Part shown: piece by piece, positions 60,370 through 64,000 of the stretch | Layout of the letters: each line of letters opens with the position of its first letter | How positions within the stretch are numbered: the first letter of the stretch is position 1 | DNA from: an uncultured delta proteobacterium | Lineage (GTDB): Bacteria > Myxococcota > UBA727 > VGSZ01 | NCBI GenBank assembly: GCA_963775425.1 | Contig: CAVZJB010000008.1 | Span: 96,001 to 160,000, forward strand | Direction of reading: 5' to 3' | Length of the DNA: 64,000 nucleotides | Position numbers and translations under genes: made by a program | Notes under the pieces: model-generated | Seen by the model: only the letters and a program-made list of their open reading frames with translations | What the model was told of the DNA's origin: nothing | Database searches by the model: none

Positions 60370-61620
60370 TTACAGGCGGATCTTGAGCGTCCGCAGCGTG
60401 AACCAGAAGGCGCCGACGCCGAACGCTGCGGTGATGGTCATGATCATCATCAGCAGGAAGACGACGTCATCGCCGTAGGTGCCCTTGAGCGAGCCGATGA
60501 GCCGCTCCTGCACCACCGGGCCGATGGCGCCGCAGCCGTTGATGATGCCGGCGGCGCGCGCCGCCTGCTCGCGCGTGCCGGTGTCCATGGCGCCGGCGCC
60601 GGACAGGAGCGAGTCGGGCCCCATCACCATGAAGCCGACGAGGCCGAGCAGCGCCACGAACGCCGTGGGTGAGCTCAGGCCCACGCCGTACATCAACGAA
60701 GTGGCCGCCACGCAGCCGAGCGTCATCAAGAAGATGACGTTCAAGCGCGAGCCCTTGAACCACTTGTCCGACGCCCAGCCGGCGGCGAGCACGCCGAGGA
60801 AGCCGATCCAGTCGAACGCCGTCGACAGATACCCGGCGATCTCGGTGCGGATGTGGAAGTGCTCGGAGAGGATGAGCGCCGACCAACTGTCGAGCGCGTA
60901 ACGCACGAACTTGAAGGCGAAGTAGATGACGCCCATGGCGACGACGAGCATGGTCTGGCGTCGCCTTTGCGCCGACGGGTTCGGCGCGCCCGGATCGGTG
61001 ACGTCCTCGGGGGAGTCGTCGAAGGGGTTCATGCCCGCGTCCGTCGGACGCTCCTTGGCGAAGATCGCGAAGAACACGACGACGCCGGCGAGCAACACGC
61101 TCGAGCCCCAGAACGACCACGCCAGCCCGAGCCAGCCGAACATGAACGCCGCGAACGCCTTCGCGAAGATGGAGCCGAGCTGGTAGCAGGTGGCCCACAT
61201 CGCCATGACGCCGCCGCGCTCGTGGCGCTGGGTCCACTTGGCCATGAGCCCGACGTTGCACGGCCACCCCGTCGCCTGCGCGATGCCGTGAACGGCCATC
61301 ACGACGAAGATCGCCGGCGTGGCCGAGGGGCCGATGGGCAGGAGCAGGCCCATGGCGAGGTTGCACGCGACGGACACGCTCATGCCCACCACGAGCTGGC
61401 GCTTGTTGGTCATGCGCCGCGACAGCCACGCCGAGACGAACTGGCCGACGGCGTAGCTGATGAGGAACGTGGCCCACAGGTTGGACACGCCGGCGTCGTT
61501 GAGGTCGAGGGCGTGCTTGATGGGCCCTTTGACGACGGGGAAGACTTTTCGCGTGGCGTAAAACCCGGCGTACGAGAGCCACGTGGCGGCGAACAACTGG
61601 AGGCGCGGGCTCATCTTCAT
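60370..61620 (-). CDS. MFS transporter, organophosphate:Pi antiporter (GlpT/UhpC-like)
   Basis: YAGFYATRK, QATGWP, ERG..W; about 12 TM helices. Confidence 0.88.
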   Translation of the reverse strand: MKMSPRLQLFAATWLSYAGFYATRKVFPVVKGPIKHALDLNDAGVSNLWATFLISYAVGQFVSAWLSRRMTNKRQLVVGMSVSVACNLAMGLLLPIGPSATPAIFVVMAVHGIAQATGWPCNVGLMAKWTQRHERGGVMAMWATCYQLGSIFAKAFAAFMFGWLGLAWSFWGSSVLLAGVVVFFAIFAKERPTDAGMNPFDDSPEDVTDPGAPNPSAQRRRQTMLVVAMGVIYFAFKFVRYALDSWSALILSEHFHIRTEIAGYLSTAFDWIGFLGVLAAGWASDKWFKGSRLNVIFLMTLGCVAATSLMYGVGLSSPTAFVALLGLVGFMVMGPDSLLSGAGAMDTGTREQAARAAGIINGCGAIGPVVQERLIGSLKGTYGDDVVFLLMMIMTITAAFGVGAFWFTLRTLKIRL

Positions 61621-61678
61621 GTGCGCGCCACGAGGTCACACGACGAGCGATCGGGCAATGCGGCATCGGGCGCCGGCC

Positions 61679-62734
61679 TCATTGCGGAGCTCCGCGCGGC
61701 ATCGCGATCACCACCTTGCCGCGCGCGCGGTGGCCGGCGACGTAGGCGAGCGCGTCTCTCACCGCGGCTTCTTCGAAGTCGACGACGCGGTCCACGGTGG
61801 GGACGATCCCCGGCGCAAGGATGAAGCGATCGATGGCGGCGAAGTCCGGCGCGAGCGGACCGGCGAACACGTAGCGCGGCCCCGAGACGCGCGAGCGCAG
61901 CCACGACCAACCGATGCGGCCGAGCATCCCGCCGAGGCCGACGACGCCGAGCTTGCGCTCGCCGACGTGCGGCTCAGGCCCGACGACGGTGACGAAGGCG
62001 CCGCGCGGCGACGTCACCGCCCGCGCCTGCGCCTCGACGGCGGCGCCGCCGACGAGGTCGACGACGACGTCGACGGGCTCTCGCACCTGTTCCGAAAACG
62101 GCGCCTCGCGGTAATCGAGCACGCGCTCGGCGCCGAGCCCTTCCACGAGCGCGCGGTTCTCGCCGCTGCACACGCCCCACACGCGCGCGCCGGCGCGCGC
62201 AAGCGCGGGCACCAGCAGGGTGCCGATGCTGCCCGAGGCGCCCACGACGACGACGCGCTTGCCGCCGGCGTCGCCGACGGCCGCCAGGATGCTGCACGTG
62301 ACCATGCCGCCGAGGCACAGGCTCGCGGCCTGCTCCGCCGAGTAGCCCTGGGGCAGGGGAGCGAGGTACGCGGCCTTGGCGACGCCGTATTCGGCCCAGG
62401 GGCCCGCGAGCTTCGGTGAGCGCAAGCCGTAGACCCGTTGGCCCACCTCGACGCCGCGCGCGGGGGCGCCGGCGCGCGCGCCGACGGCGTCGACGACGCC
62501 GGCGAGGTCGACGCCGGGCACCCACGGCCGCTGCGGCGTGGGCCTGGGCGCGACGGGGACGCCGCCGAACATCGTGCCCTCGGCGAGGTGCTGGTCGTCG
62601 ACGTTGATGGCCGCGGCCTCGATGCGCACGCGCACCTCGCCCGGCCCCGGCTCCGGCACCGGCAGGTCCATCATGCGCAGCGAGGTGCGCAGCTCGCCGA
62701 CGCCCGGGCGCCGATCGATCGCGAGCGCCTTCAC
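61679..62734 (-). CDS. NADP-dependent oxidoreductase (MDR, quinone oxidoreductase-like)
   Basis: PEPGPGEVRVRIEAAAIN, PGVDLAGVV, GASGSIG, HRARGKVVI. Confidence 0.88.
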   Translation of the reverse strand: MKALAIDRRPGVGELRTSLRMMDLPVPEPGPGEVRVRIEAAAINVDDQHLAEGTMFGGVPVAPRPTPQRPWVPGVDLAGVVDAVGARAGAPARGVEVGQRVYGLRSPKLAGPWAEYGVAKAAYLAPLPQGYSAEQAASLCLGGMVTCSILAAVGDAGGKRVVVVGASGSIGTLLVPALARAGARVWGVCSGENRALVEGLGAERVLDYREAPFSEQVREPVDVVVDLVGGAAVEAQARAVTSPRGAFVTVVGPEPHVGERKLGVVGLGGMLGRIGWSWLRSRVSGPRYVFAGPLAPDFAAIDRFILAPGIVPTVDRVVDFEEAAVRDALAYVAGHRARGKVVIAMPRGAPQ

Positions 62735-63426
62735 GACATGAGCTCGCGCCAGAAGCCGGCCGGGAGCGCGGCGTAGTGCGCGAACGCGTCGTCGGCGAGG
62801 CCAAGGCAGACGTCGGGCTCCGCGCAGCGGTGGAGCACCAGGCGGGTGCGCATGCCGGCGGCGCGGGCGGCCTCGAGCCCGGCGCTGCTGTCCTCGAAGA
62901 CGACGCACGCGCCGGCCGACAGCGCGTCGCCTTCGCTGCCCGCGCCGGCGCTCGCCGCCGCGCGCGCGAGCCGGTCGAGGCCGGCGCGGAAGCAGTCGGG
63001 GGCGGGCTTCGGGTGCGCCACGTCCTCGGCACCCACGACGACGGAGACGGCGTCGCGCACGCCGAGCTTGTCGAGCAGGCGCTCGACGAGCGCGCGCGGG
63101 CTCGACGAGACCACGGCCACGGGGGCGACGGCGGCGGCGGCGCGCACGGCGTCGGCGGCGCCGGGGATGGGGGCCATGCCGTCGACGTCGGCGCTCCACG
63201 CGTCGACGAGCGCGCCCCCGAGGGCGTCGTCGTCGACGTCGAGCGCGCCGTAGCGCGCGCGCAGCGCCCGGGCGATGTCCCCCCAGGTGCGGCCGCGCGT
63301 CTGTGACGGCGGCAGCGACGCGCCCGCGTGGCCGAAGCGCGCCATCACCGCGGCGACGGCGGCGTCGGTCTGGCCCTCGCTGTCGACGAGGGTGCCGTCC
63401 ATGTCGAAGAGCACCGCTCCGCGCAT
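62731..63426 (-). CDS. HAD family phosphatase
   Basis: FDMDGTLVDSE, VSSS, KPAPD, VFEDS..G. Confidence 0.92.
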   Translation of the reverse strand: MRGAVLFDMDGTLVDSEGQTDAAVAAVMARFGHAGASLPPSQTRGRTWGDIARALRARYGALDVDDDALGGALVDAWSADVDGMAPIPGAADAVRAAAAVAPVAVVSSSPRALVERLLDKLGVRDAVSVVVGAEDVAHPKPAPDCFRAGLDRLARAAASAGAGSEGDALSAGACVVFEDSSAGLEAARAAGMRTRLVLHRCAEPDVCLGLADDAFAHYAALPAGFWRELMS

Positions 63427-63559
63427 CGACCGCTTCTACCGCTTGTGCGCGAGGACGGAAGACGAAAGTGCCCTGCGTGGGGCGCGCCGTGCCTCTTGGC
63501 TCGTTGTCGGGGTGACCCGAGGCATGTGCAAACACGACGCGGCGCAGTACAGATCTTTC

Positions 63560-64000
63560 ATGCTCGAGGTCGGGGCGCGCGTGCGCGGTTGGACGGTCAC
63601 CATGCCGCTCGATTCGTCGACGGGGATGGCGGCGCTGTTGGCCGAAGACGCGTCCGGCCGCTCCGTGGTGCTGCGCGTGCCCGAGGACCTCGCCGGCATC
63701 GAGCGCATTCGCCAGGAGGCAGACCTCGCCCGGCTGCACGTGCACGAAGGCCTGGTGGCGTGCGTCGGCATCGTCGAGCACAACGGCTGGCCGGTGCAGA
63801 TCGTCGAGCACGTCGACGGCATGACCCTCGACGCGCTGGGGCTGATCGCGGGGGCGCTGCCGCCGCAGGCGCTGTGCCGCGTGGGCCGGCAGATCGCGCT
63901 CGCCCTCGTCGAGCTCCACGAGCGGCCGCCGTTTCTGTTTCACGGGGCGCTCTCCGCCGAGCGCATCGTCGTCGACGACGGCGGCAACGCCCGCCTGGCG
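63560..64000 (+). CDS. Kinase-like protein, truncated by window edge
   Basis: Manual translation: IVEHVDGMTL..IALALVELH..FHGALSAERIVV; catalytic Asp absent. Confidence 0.6.
   Translation, partial: MLEVGARVRGWTVTMPLDSSTGMAALLAEDASGRSVVLRVPEDLAGIERIRQEADLARLHVHEGLVACVGIVEHNGWPVQIVEHVDGMTLDALGLIAGALPPQALCRVGRQIALALVELHERPPFLFHGALSAERIVVDDGGNARLA

Overview
Very GC-rich chromosomal window, most likely from a Myxococcota/deltaproteobacterial lineage (MYXO-CTERM tail, Hanks-type kinases, ECF/TPR anti-sigma pair, MshEN-like protein). About 55 genes are supportable. They include housekeeping genes (tkt, rpsB, tsf, murI, two-domain thyX), tetR-alkB, a fragmentary EPS locus, an SPFH/Zn-ribbon pair, an S8 protease and a radical SAM enzyme. 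No rRNA, tRNA, CRISPR array or intact transposase was seen. Three things stand out. (1) Ten secreted or membrane-anchored proteins carry poly-(Gly-Glu) tracts, usually close to a probable lipidated Cys; these include four tandem paralogs with a shared Cys-rich domain and one lipoprotein made only of signal peptide + (EG)n. (2) Several families of structured intergenic elements interlock: a ~430-500 bp MITE-like element whose ends sit on TGA stop codons, covarying long hairpins ending in GGGCTTGA, and GTAG-REP arrays. (3) rpsB and tsf are separated in the geometry expected from a ~16 kb inversion. Start codons were chosen by eye, and product calls come from motif recognition, not database searches.
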